This document shows positions 1 to 9,500 of a stretch of 17,611 nt of DNA, piece by piece (within the stretch, counting starts at the first letter, position 1; each line of letters begins with the position of its first letter). Under the pieces are notes generated by a model that was not told where the DNA came from, did not search any database, and saw only the letters and a program-made list of their open reading frames with translations. The DNA comes from an uncultured archaeon (GTDB taxonomy: Archaea; Asgardarchaeota; Heimdallarchaeia; Heimdallarchaeales; Heimdallarchaeaceae), in contig CAZHRF010000052.1 of assembly GCA_964534625.1 (NCBI GenBank), positions 1 through 17,611 on the forward strand. The letters are read 5' to 3'. Made by a program: the position numbers and the translations under genes.

Positions 1-635
1 CCACTATTTGGATAGGTCATTATACTCACATCACCCCAATCAGTTACATACCAATCATATGGTTCATATTCTTGGATAGCTATCTCTGTTGTATCCCATG
101 AATCATGGTCCTTTGCGCCAAACAAATGCGATATTTCATGGATAATCACATTATCAATCCATTCAGTCGAGAATGCTGAAGGAGGTACAAGGGTTCTTGA
201 TTTATAGACAATAAAGATGGTACCATATGCTATTCCTATATTCTGACCAATAACGCCAGGATATATCCCGAGCATATCAAAACCATGATTATCTTGTTGT
301 ACCTTTCGATTTTCTTTGGTAGTTTTTACTCCCACAAACCCTGTTGATGGATAGGTTATTCCCAAGTTTTCACCAGCTTTTAATCTCCCCACGTCTCTCC
401 ATTCATCATGAGTATCATAATCGTCTTCTGGTTGCCATTCTTCATCATATACAGAGAAAGTTAAACTAAATTGATTTTTAAATACTGAATTGATGATAGG
501 GAAGAACGCAGAAGGTTGTAAACCATCAAAAGCACTTTTCCATCGAGTGTCATATAAATTATATATGAAACACTGTTTCACCGCACCTTGGACAATAGTT
601 ACTTCTGTTTGATGAAAGGAGTACACCTTAATCAT
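1..635 (-). CDS. Zinc metallopeptidase, metzincin-like (partial, runs off the left window edge; not in the ORF track)
   Basis: Manual translation gives an open frame from ATG at 635 to the edge (>=211 aa): MIKVYSFHQTEV...WIDNVIIHEISHLFGAKDHDSWD...WGDVSIMTYPNS. HExxHxxGxxD/H zinc motif at 105-140 and a Met-turn-like SIMTY at ~12-26. Confidence 0.8.
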   Translation of the reverse strand, partial: MIKVYSFHQTEVTIVQGAVKQCFIYNLYDTRWKSAFDGLQPSAFFPIINSVFKNQFSLTFSVYDEEWQPEDDYDTHDEWRDVGRLKAGENLGITYPSTGFVGVKTTKENRKVQQDNHGFDMLGIYPGVIGQNIGIAYGTIFIVYKSRTLVPPSAFSTEWIDNVIIHEISHLFGAKDHDSWDTTEIAIQEYEPYDWYVTDWGDVSIMTYPNS

Positions 636-1021
636 ACGTATTTGTTGCTAGTATATATACTTAGCTAGTAACATTTGTAATGTCCTATTAAATGCATGCT
701 TTACTCATTCCAATTTCCTTCTTATAAATCCAATGAGACATTCTTTAATATTGGTTTATTTCTCTTTATGTTTGAAGATATGAGAGTTTTTTGGTTGTTT
801 TTCCTTTACAATTATCATCTTTTTAGAATCTTATTAATATAATTTAAATGTTTTAGAGAGAACAGAAAAGGACAATTTGAAACGTATCTTTTACTCCCAA
901 TCACGTTTTTATTAGCATTATTTTATTTTAGATCCAATTAATTCCGTTAAACAATAGTTTTTAAAAGAAATATTAATGAATGAAAACAGTAAAAGAGATT
1001 TATTGAAGATGAGATGATTTA

Positions 1022-2782
1022 ATGGGAGTAGTATCTGAAGAGCTGAAATGGACATGGCAATATCTCTGGAGGTATCCTCTTATGAGCTCAATTACTATTA
1101 TTTTTAGCGTTATTGAAATTGTTCTTTTTAGTATGCCATCTTTATATATTGCAAAAATAGTGGATCTTTTTCTTACTAATTCTCCAACAAGTGAAGTTTT
1201 AATCTGGTTAGGGTATATGCTTGGTACTAGTATATTACAAAGCGGAGTGTTTTATTTGGTAGCTTCTATCAATGAAATTTTGGCTCATAGAGTGACTACA
1301 GATATGACAGCTGACCTGTTTACTTCATTACAAGAACGCCCCTTATATTATCACGACCAAGTCAGAATAGGCGATGTTATGGCAAGGGCAACGGGAGACA
1401 CCAGAACCATTAATATAGGCTTAAGCCCTGCCTTTAGAATCCTGTGGCAAATTTTTGCTGCATTTATTTTTATTGCTAGTGTTTTAATACATATAAACTG
1501 GAAACTCACTATGATTTTAATCATAGCAGCCCCAATCTTTTTATTTACCGTTTATCGTTATGGAATAAGACTTGAACCTTTGAATAAGCAAGTCCAAGAT
1601 CGTTTTGGTGATTTAAGCATTTACACAGCTGAAAGTATAGCTGGAATTAGAGAACTTAAATCGTATACTTCGGAAGATCTGGTTAATGAAAAATTCAGCA
1701 ATGTATCAAAACATCATGCTTCTGCTATTAAAAAAGAAGCTTCATCAGCTGCCATATATATTCCAGGAATTATTATGGCGGTAACCTTAGCTCTAACGAC
1801 CTTATTTGGTGTCTATTTAATTCTTCAAGGCGAATTAACAATTTCAGGATTAGTAGCATTTACTGGGTTATTATCCATGCTTTTATTCATCGCCCGTAGA
1901 ATAGGGTGGGTAGCTCAATTTGCAGCAAGAACCAATGCTGCAGCGAGAAGATTACGAAATATGCTTTTTGTTGACATACAACCAATTGAAGAAGGAACAA
2001 AAATCTTTACTGGGAAAGACACCACTATAGAATTTAATGACGTATGGTTTTCCTACATGAATAATGGCGTATGGGCACTTAAAGGAGTTAATTTAACAAT
2101 TAATCACGGAGAAACAATAGCCATTGTGGGCGGACCAGGAGCAGGGAAAAGCACAATTAATAAAATGATTTTACATCTCTATGAACCTAATAAGGGAGAA
2201 GTAAGAATAGGGGGCGAAGCATTACACAATTATAATAACGATTCAGTAAGAAAGAGAATTTCTTCAATCGAGCAAGATATTTTTCTCTTTTCCGAGTCTA
2301 TTCGCAAAAACATTGCTTTTGGTAATCCATCCATAAGTGATGAAGAAATCACCAAGGCGGCTAAGATTGCAAAAGCTCATGAATTTATAATAGAAACAGA
2401 AAACGGATATGATACACAAATAGGCGAGCGAGGTGTGCGCTTATCAGGAGGTCAAAAACAACGTATAGCTATTGCTCGAGCTCTAATTATGGACCCTGCC
2501 ATTTTAATTATGGATGATGCAAGTAGTGCACTTGATGCTGAAACAGAAATGAAAATTCAAGAAGCGATTAGTGGTGTACTAAAAACACGAACATCTATTA
2601 TAACTACTCATCGCCTTTCTATTATTGCGGAAGCAGATAGAGTGTTACTCCTTGAGAAAGGGAGGGTAATAGCTGATGGACCTCATGAACGATTGATCAA
2701 AACTGAACCCGAATACAGAAAATTGTTTGAAGGGCATTACCATTTACCTCCAATGGAACCAATCCAGAAGGTGAAAAAATGA
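1022..2782 (+). CDS. ABC exporter, fused TMD-NBD half transporter (MdlA/TM287-like subunit)
   Basis: About six hydrophobic helices, then Walker A GGPGAGKST, signature LSGGQKQR, Walker B ILIMDD (catalytic Glu replaced by Asp), D-loop SALD and H-switch THR. Confidence 0.95.
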   Translation: MGVVSEELKWTWQYLWRYPLMSSITIIFSVIEIVLFSMPSLYIAKIVDLFLTNSPTSEVLIWLGYMLGTSILQSGVFYLVASINEILAHRVTTDMTADLFTSLQERPLYYHDQVRIGDVMARATGDTRTINIGLSPAFRILWQIFAAFIFIASVLIHINWKLTMILIIAAPIFLFTVYRYGIRLEPLNKQVQDRFGDLSIYTAESIAGIRELKSYTSEDLVNEKFSNVSKHHASAIKKEASSAAIYIPGIIMAVTLALTTLFGVYLILQGELTISGLVAFTGLLSMLLFIARRIGWVAQFAARTNAAARRLRNMLFVDIQPIEEGTKIFTGKDTTIEFNDVWFSYMNNGVWALKGVNLTINHGETIAIVGGPGAGKSTINKMILHLYEPNKGEVRIGGEALHNYNNDSVRKRISSIEQDIFLFSESIRKNIAFGNPSISDEEITKAAKIAKAHEFIIETENGYDTQIGERGVRLSGGQKQRIAIARALIMDPAILIMDDASSALDAETEMKIQEAISGVLKTRTSIITTHRLSIIAEADRVLLLEKGRVIADGPHERLIKTEPEYRKLFEGHYHLPPMEPIQKVKK

Positions 2783-4584
2783 ACAAAAAAGAAGAAAAGA
2801 TAGCTCTCATGGGTGAAGAAAGATTATGGAACCAATTGTGGCTATGGTTAAAACCTGATCTACCGCTGTTATTGGTTCTTGCTTTTGTAATTATTATTAA
2901 CTTATCCTTGTCAATAACAGGTCCAATTTATCTAAAACAAGCTATAGAGTTGATTGATCAAAATAAAGATAATTTTGGCTCTATTGAAAGACAAGCTCTT
3001 ATCTTTGCCGGGATATTTGCATTGGCCCTGGTTTTATCCTTTTTAACAACAATTATTCAAGATTTGCTTGTAGCAAAGGTTAATCCTAGATTCATTAATC
3101 GCTTACGACAAGATGCCTTTAGAAAGATTATCAATAACAAAATAAGTTTTTTTGACAAAGCTGAAGCTGGGCGTATAACAAGCAGAGTAATAAATGATTC
3201 TAATGAACTCCTTGATTCAGCTCGCCGATTTGCGGATGCGTTTTCTCAACTCATTGTTTTAATTGGTGTTCTTGTTGTAATGTTCATCTACAGTCCCATA
3301 ATAACTTTGGGAGCACTAAGTATCGCTCCTATTTTGTTTATTACAGTTGTTGCCATGCGTAAATGGAGAAGAAGAATAGCCAAAAAATGGCGAAGTAAAA
3401 TCTCTAGTGTAAATTCAAGATTTGCAGAAGTGATGGGGGCAATTGAAATTAGTAAAGCGTTCGGCAGGGAAGATGAAAACTATAATGAATTCCATGAATT
3501 AAACGAAGAAACCTATCAAGCAGCTAAGATTCGTGGTTTAGCTATCTTTTCTGTTTCTCCAATTCAAGATTTCTTGCGTAATTTGGGTATCATTGTCATG
3601 CTATATGTGGCAGCTCTACGTGTTGATGTTATTGGTATTTCAGTAGTCTATCTGTTTATTGTTCTGCAAAGATATTTGTATGACCCTATAACGGCTATAG
3701 CGCGGAGCTATAATAGATTTCAATCTTCGTTTGCTGCTATGGAACGTATTTTGGAGATCATGGCTGATAAAGAAACAAGTGAATTTACCAAAGGAAATAT
3801 AATCGCATCTGATCTTAAAGGTGAAATAGTTTTTGACAATCTCACGTTTGCTTATGAAAATGAAGAGTACGTTCTTAAAGATATTAATTTCAAAACTAAT
3901 CCAGGTGAAGTTACGGCCATTGTAGGTCATACAGGAGCGGGTAAAACTACTGTTGTTGCTCTTCTTAGCCGTTTTTATGATTATCAAGAAGGGAAGGGGA
4001 AAATATACATTGACGGAAAAGAAATTACAGAATATGATTTGAAAAGTTTAAGACGAAGTATTGGCTATGTAGCCCAAGATGTTTTACTATTTAGCGGTAC
4101 AATTCGGGAGAACTTACAGATAGCAAAAAAAGATGCAACAGATGAGGAACTTTGGTCAACTTTAGAACAAGTTCAAGCAAAAGAGTTCATAGAAACTTTA
4201 CCTGAAGGATTAGACACAGAGATTCAAGAAGGCGGGAAGAACCTATCAAAAGGTCAAAAACAGATGTTATCTTTAGCACGAGCCTTACTTTCTGATCCCA
4301 AAATCCTTGTATTAGACGAGTTTACTGCGTCTTTAGATATGTATACAGAGGCTAAAATCCAAGATGCTATTCAAAAACTACTTGAAAAAAGGACAAGTAT
4401 TGTAATTGCCCATAGACTAACAACTATTCTAAAGGCGGATAATATCATAGTGCTAGAAAATGGTAGGTTAATAGAAAAAGGTACGCACTCTGAATTGCTA
4501 TCTAAAGAGGGTAGCTATGCAAAAATCTACAAAAAATACTTTTCTTTCCAATTGGTAGGCTTAACGCCTATTAGTAAAACATGA
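2779..4584 (+). CDS. ABC exporter, fused TMD-NBD half transporter (MdlB/TM288-like subunit)
   Basis: TM domain plus Walker A GHTGAGKTT, variant signature LSKGQKQM, canonical Walker B LVLDE and H-switch AHR. ATGA overlap (2779-2782) with the upstream gene. Confidence 0.95.
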   Translation: MNKKEEKIALMGEERLWNQLWLWLKPDLPLLLVLAFVIIINLSLSITGPIYLKQAIELIDQNKDNFGSIERQALIFAGIFALALVLSFLTTIIQDLLVAKVNPRFINRLRQDAFRKIINNKISFFDKAEAGRITSRVINDSNELLDSARRFADAFSQLIVLIGVLVVMFIYSPIITLGALSIAPILFITVVAMRKWRRRIAKKWRSKISSVNSRFAEVMGAIEISKAFGREDENYNEFHELNEETYQAAKIRGLAIFSVSPIQDFLRNLGIIVMLYVAALRVDVIGISVVYLFIVLQRYLYDPITAIARSYNRFQSSFAAMERILEIMADKETSEFTKGNIIASDLKGEIVFDNLTFAYENEEYVLKDINFKTNPGEVTAIVGHTGAGKTTVVALLSRFYDYQEGKGKIYIDGKEITEYDLKSLRRSIGYVAQDVLLFSGTIRENLQIAKKDATDEELWSTLEQVQAKEFIETLPEGLDTEIQEGGKNLSKGQKQMLSLARALLSDPKILVLDEFTASLDMYTEAKIQDAIQKLLEKRTSIVIAHRLTTILKADNIIVLENGRLIEKGTHSELLSKEGSYAKIYKKYFSFQLVGLTPISKT

Positions 4585-4634
4585 AAGAGGGTAAACTTAC
4601 ATGTTTCCAATAGTGAGGAGGAATTTAGAGATAC

Positions 4635-4982
4635 TCAGCAAGTAAGATGGAAAGCTCCAAAAACTCCTTCTTTTTTTTCTACTAGATCATTATAAGTTTT
4701 AACTGCTTCAGTTGTGTTTTTGACTATTACTTCAATATTTTTTGTACGGAGTTCTTCTATAAGCTGCTCAGGTACTTTCATTCTATTATTTGCCCCTGTA
4801 CCTATAACTAATATTTCAGGATCATGCCTAAAAACAAAATCCAAATCTTCCATGTGAAGTTTGTGGCCCTCTTCACGCCACCAATTGGGCTTAATTTCTG
4901 TTTTGCTTATTATAACATCCTTGGAATAGTGCTGTCCATTTATTTTTATGGTACCAAAAGAATAATCTTCGACAATATACAT
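4635..4982 (-). CDS. Mth938-like domain protein (DUF498/AAMDC family)
   Basis: YSFGTIKINGQHYSKDVII, PEILVIGTG, TTEAVKTYN and C-terminal AFHLTC are family-typical. ATG at 4982 is preferred over TTG at 4994. Confidence 0.88.
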   Translation of the reverse strand: MYIVEDYSFGTIKINGQHYSKDVIISKTEIKPNWWREEGHKLHMEDLDFVFRHDPEILVIGTGANNRMKVPEQLIEELRTKNIEVIVKNTTEAVKTYNDLVEKKEGVFGAFHLTC

Positions 4983-5176
4983 TTTTAATCTCAAGTATAC
5001 AAGCAGCTGTTGTATTCTTAATTTTTGGGATTAATCGCCCTTTAAACCTTGATTTAAACATTTCTTCACTAAATCTATTTCTTCCCTTGAAATTCGTAAT
5101 AGAATTGTATCCATTAACGATTGTTAAATAATATCAGCAGTATAATAACTGATACTTATTCTTGAATTTGACATTC

Positions 5177-6403
5177 TTAGATTGGTCTACTTTTGTCATA
5201 CTTTCTATACTCAAGATTCTCATCTAAATGAATACAAATCTCTCTTACTGAGTCAACACAATTATGAGTAGGAAAAATATCAACTGTGAGTGATCCGAAT
5301 CCTTTGGATATCATAATTCCCCGCTCAAACAATTTTTCGTTTTGAAAACCCACATCCAACATTGAATCGCGAAGAATTCGCCCACATATATCACATTTGT
5401 AACTAATTTCTTTTTCTAATTGAACATGTTCAAATTGCTTTAAACCTTGATTTTGAATGAATCTCACCAAAGAATCTTTTATTTTCATTTTTGCTTCATG
5501 AAGGATGTCTTCTGCTTTGAAAACATTTGAAACTTTAGTGGCTATTTCTTCAAATTGATCATTTTGGATACTTAAATCTCGTTCTTTACCAAATCCAATA
5601 ATGGTCACAAGATTATTACCTATATCTTTCATAAAAGAAATACTGTTATCAAAAACAAAGGCTGCATGATCTAAATTATATGTTGAATCAAATACCTTAC
5701 TCAAATCACTCCTTAATTTATCGTAATTTAAGCCACTTCTTTCAACTGGTTGGCTGTAAAGAATCAAACCTTGAGTTGTTGCAATAGCTAATGTTTTTAA
5801 GTTGTAATTTTGCCATATCTCTTTGATACTAATTTCTTTATCAGTATCTCTTGGATATGCATAAGAGATTACATTTTGTAAGGCATCAAAAAGCGTATCT
5901 TCAAATATTGATGTACCAAAAATTTCTACGTCATCGTGATTATGTGTTTCAAAAATGCCATCTATTGATTCTATAATTTCCTCTCTCTTTGTTATTGGAA
6001 CTGTATCCATTTTATGCACAAAAACGAATATTTTAGCATCATTACTATATTTTCTTACATAATCAATACTTAGATCAAAATAATACTTAGATCGCATTAT
6101 ATTTGAGGCATCAGATACATCAACTACAAAGATAACAGCTTTAGTATTGCTAAAGGTTCTTTCTTGTAATTCAGAAAAAACCTCATTTATATAATTAGAC
6201 TGTCCTCCAATATCATGAATATTAATTGAACTTCCTGCAACTTCAAAGAGTTTTCTGTTTACTCTCACTGTAGCAGGATTGAGTTTGGTTGATTTAGGTG
6301 CTACACCTTCAAAAGCAACTTGTTTAATAGACGTTTTACCAGATTCTGCCAATCCCAAAAATATTATTTTCGCTTGATTAATATCCCTTTTACCACCGAT
6401 CAT
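5177..6403 (-). CDS. Rag/Gtr1-like small GTPase with roadblock-like domain and C-terminal putative Zn-binding domain
   Basis: G1 GLAESGKTS, G2 PATVRV, G3 DIGGQ, G4 HKMD (His-type, as in RagA/Gtr1), G5 region TSIFEDTL. Roadblock-like LAIATTQGLILYS at ~aa 200. C-terminal CDIC...HNC. Confidence 0.85.
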   Translation of the reverse strand: MIGGKRDINQAKIIFLGLAESGKTSIKQVAFEGVAPKSTKLNPATVRVNRKLFEVAGSSINIHDIGGQSNYINEVFSELQERTFSNTKAVIFVVDVSDASNIMRSKYYFDLSIDYVRKYSNDAKIFVFVHKMDTVPITKREEIIESIDGIFETHNHDDVEIFGTSIFEDTLFDALQNVISYAYPRDTDKEISIKEIWQNYNLKTLAIATTQGLILYSQPVERSGLNYDKLRSDLSKVFDSTYNLDHAAFVFDNSISFMKDIGNNLVTIIGFGKERDLSIQNDQFEEIATKVSNVFKAEDILHEAKMKIKDSLVRFIQNQGLKQFEHVQLEKEISYKCDICGRILRDSMLDVGFQNEKLFERGIMISKGFGSLTVDIFPTHNCVDSVREICIHLDENLEYRKYDKSRPI

Positions 6404-6431
6404 TTTCTCACATTTTATTAAAAATATTTTT

Positions 6432-6449
6432 CCTTTAAGACTTTTCTGC
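6432..6449 (-). promoter_or_regulatory. Possible BRE/TATA promoter of the first Rag-like GTPase
   Basis: The minus strand reads GCAGAAAAGTCTTAAAGG, ~30 nt upstream of ATG 6403. The AT-rich background weakens the call. Confidence 0.35.
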
Positions 6450-6535
6450 TGATTATTCTAAGAAAAAAAACCACAAAAAGCGTTTTACACAAAACTATTG
6501 TCAAATTTCAGATGATCTCTAAAAAAATTGTGAAT

Positions 6536-9500
6536 TTACTCCTTATTTCTTATTTCCATTTCCTCTATTTGTGCAGCCAATATAAGTTGAGTGGCCTTCT
6601 GCCGTATCACACTAATTTTACTATTAATTTCAGCTAAAGACTTTTTCTCTTGTAACATCTTACTTAATTCATCTATATCTTGATGCAGATATTTTTCCTT
6701 ACCAATAAGTAAAGTGCCATGTTGTTCTTCTGTAACCACAATAAGAGAAAGATTCTCATAACCTCCCCTAGCAGCCTTATTCCTTAATTGAAGTCCGTGA
6801 ATATATCCGATCATATCTTCATTTGGTAAACGAATAGAGCCAGTTCTACGTTTTTCGTCAAATTCTTCAAAACCTAGACTACTATATGCTTGATCACATA
6901 TCTTCAATAAGAAATTATCAACACCTATAGCCATTCGACGGGCAAATTGATCCGATTCAAAAGAGTAATCACCTAAAAGTGGTGTTGGACCTTTTCTCTG
7001 ATCAAATATCGAGAGAATAACACCAGGAATTAACTGGACAATATTTTGTTTAATATCCTCTTCTGTTATTTCTTCAAGTATTTCTTCAAAAGATTTCGGA
7101 CGAGTAACTTTGTAAACTATAAAAGATATAATAATCATTAACAAAACACTTCCTGCAACGATTATTACAATTATTTCTGGAGGTATTCCTCCTTCGGATG
7201 GAACAGCTAAAACAGGTTCTTCCAATAAGAATGACACTACATCCAAAATATCGTTTCCTTTAAAATCAGCTGTTATTAGTAAATATGCTATTGTGTCGTT
7301 AATATCAAAATCTAATGTGGCTATACCTTGGGCATTAGTTTGTGTAATTCTTTCTAGCATTTCATCAAAACCCTCTGGAGTTGCAGCAACTGCTTGAGTA
7401 TATTCATTAAGATAAATATACAAGTAAAAATGAATATCAACAAAAGGAACAGGATCACCGTTATGATCTGTTAAATTTGCATAAACAACTAATTTATTAC
7501 CATATTCAACCGTAGTATTGGAAACATAAACGGAAAGAAAAACCGGTATAGGCTGGATTTCAACATTCATTGAAGCTATATTTTTTACTTCATCAAAATA
7601 GAATGATGATTCAATATATAGGTTGAGTGTGTAATTCCCTTTCTTTCTTGGGTATCCACTATATCTTATTAGTATAGTATTATTATCACCAAATTCTGTA
7701 TTTTCAATAACTGAAGTGCCATTAACAAATACCGCTGTTATCTCTTGAGAACTTATATTTTCAGTATCATATAATGAAACATTGATGAATATGTCTTCAC
7801 CATAAATTATATGATTTGAAATACTGTTTATATGTGCAATACCTTCTGTTCTATCAACTAAAACATCAATTTGAACAGTTTCTTTATGATCTTCAAATTG
7901 CCAAAACTGAATTTCAATTGGAGTTGGTTCACCATTTGTGATATTTGTAGCTGTAATGATAAATTCATATGTTATACTATCTAATTGTGTTGTATCTATA
8001 TCCAAATTGATTTCTTCATCTATTATATAGGTATATTTCAGACCGGTAATAGCTGTTCCTTCTTCTATGTCAGAAACACTAACAATAAAACTATATTCGT
8101 CACCATATTTCATAGAAATTGATGTGTTCTCAGGATAATTATCGGGAACAGAAATATAGTCAATCTTTAAATCATCAACGATGAAAAAATAAGTAACAGT
8201 ATAAGTGTTTGATGAAGTACTCTCCCCCGTATCATCTTGCAGTTTAATAGAAAGGATTTGTTCACCATCAAGTGATGGAATATCGATATAATTAGAACTA
8301 TTTAATAACTGTAGAATGCCATTATTCCATGAATATTCAAAACTCTCCAAATCATCATTAATACTGTCATTATACCAAAGAACGTAGTACCCTCTAATGT
8401 ATGAACCATTTGTAGCTGGAAAGTATTCGGATGTTTTAGTATCATAGAAATGTAATTCTAAGGTAGGAGCAGACAAATCAACAGTAAAAATATAACTGAA
8501 AATATGAGTATTTCCTACGATATCTTTTGTCGTAAATGATAGAGTTACAGGTCCCTCTTCATTGTAGAAGGCAGACAATTTTATTACTACAAAGCCATTG
8601 TCATCCAATATTGCATCTATGCTACCAGATAGATAACTCCAAGTATATTTAACTGACTCTATTGTTTCTCTTGATAAATCTTCTACTTGAAAATTCAGAT
8701 TAGTATAGTGATTTATCTTAGATTCATTAAATGGAAAAATAATAGATGTTTCAGGAGCTACACTATCGATTATTAAAGAAATATTGTATATTACTTCATT
8801 ACCCAATGTGTCATTGGCTTGAATGCTCAGTATCCCAAATCCATCCTCATAATCCAAAAAAAAACTGCTATTAAATGTTGTGTACTGAGAATTATCCCAT
8901 GAATAAGTACTATTTGCATTAGGATCATTATCAACAATATTAATATCAACTAGTGCACCATTTGGGATATAAAAATCATCATCTAGTTCAACTAAACCGT
9001 CAATAGAATTAATTGAAATTATTGGTGGAAACGTATCGATGGTAAAGTAAATGACTATTAGTCTAACATTACTAGCTTTATCAAATGCATAAAGGGTTAA
9101 ATTGTAATCTCCATCCTCTAGTCCCAAAAGATAAAAATCAAACGGTGATGAAAGAGTTTGATTTGATGAACCATCAATAGAAACGTAAACTAGTAGATCT
9201 GATTCTATAGTTAAATTGTCCGTAATTTGAAAACTGAAAATTTTTGTGTCCAAATGTCGGGAATTATTATATTCTCCACCTGGAATTATGACTGGTATTT
9301 CTTGATCTAAAGTGAATTTGAAAACAAATACATGTTCATTATTAGAAAGGTCTCCAACATAAATATAAAGATAGTGAATACAACTCGGATCTAGTGGAAG
9401 TGCATTGTTATCAGTTAAAACTAAAATGCTATTTGACATTAACGCAAAACCATCTTCAATTTCTCCATTATCCCATTGAAACTTTATTGTACCATTATAT

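Noticed and set aside
3640-3987. 115-aa minus-strand ORF
   Set aside because: Antisense shadow inside the ABC transporter gene, with no recognisable motifs.
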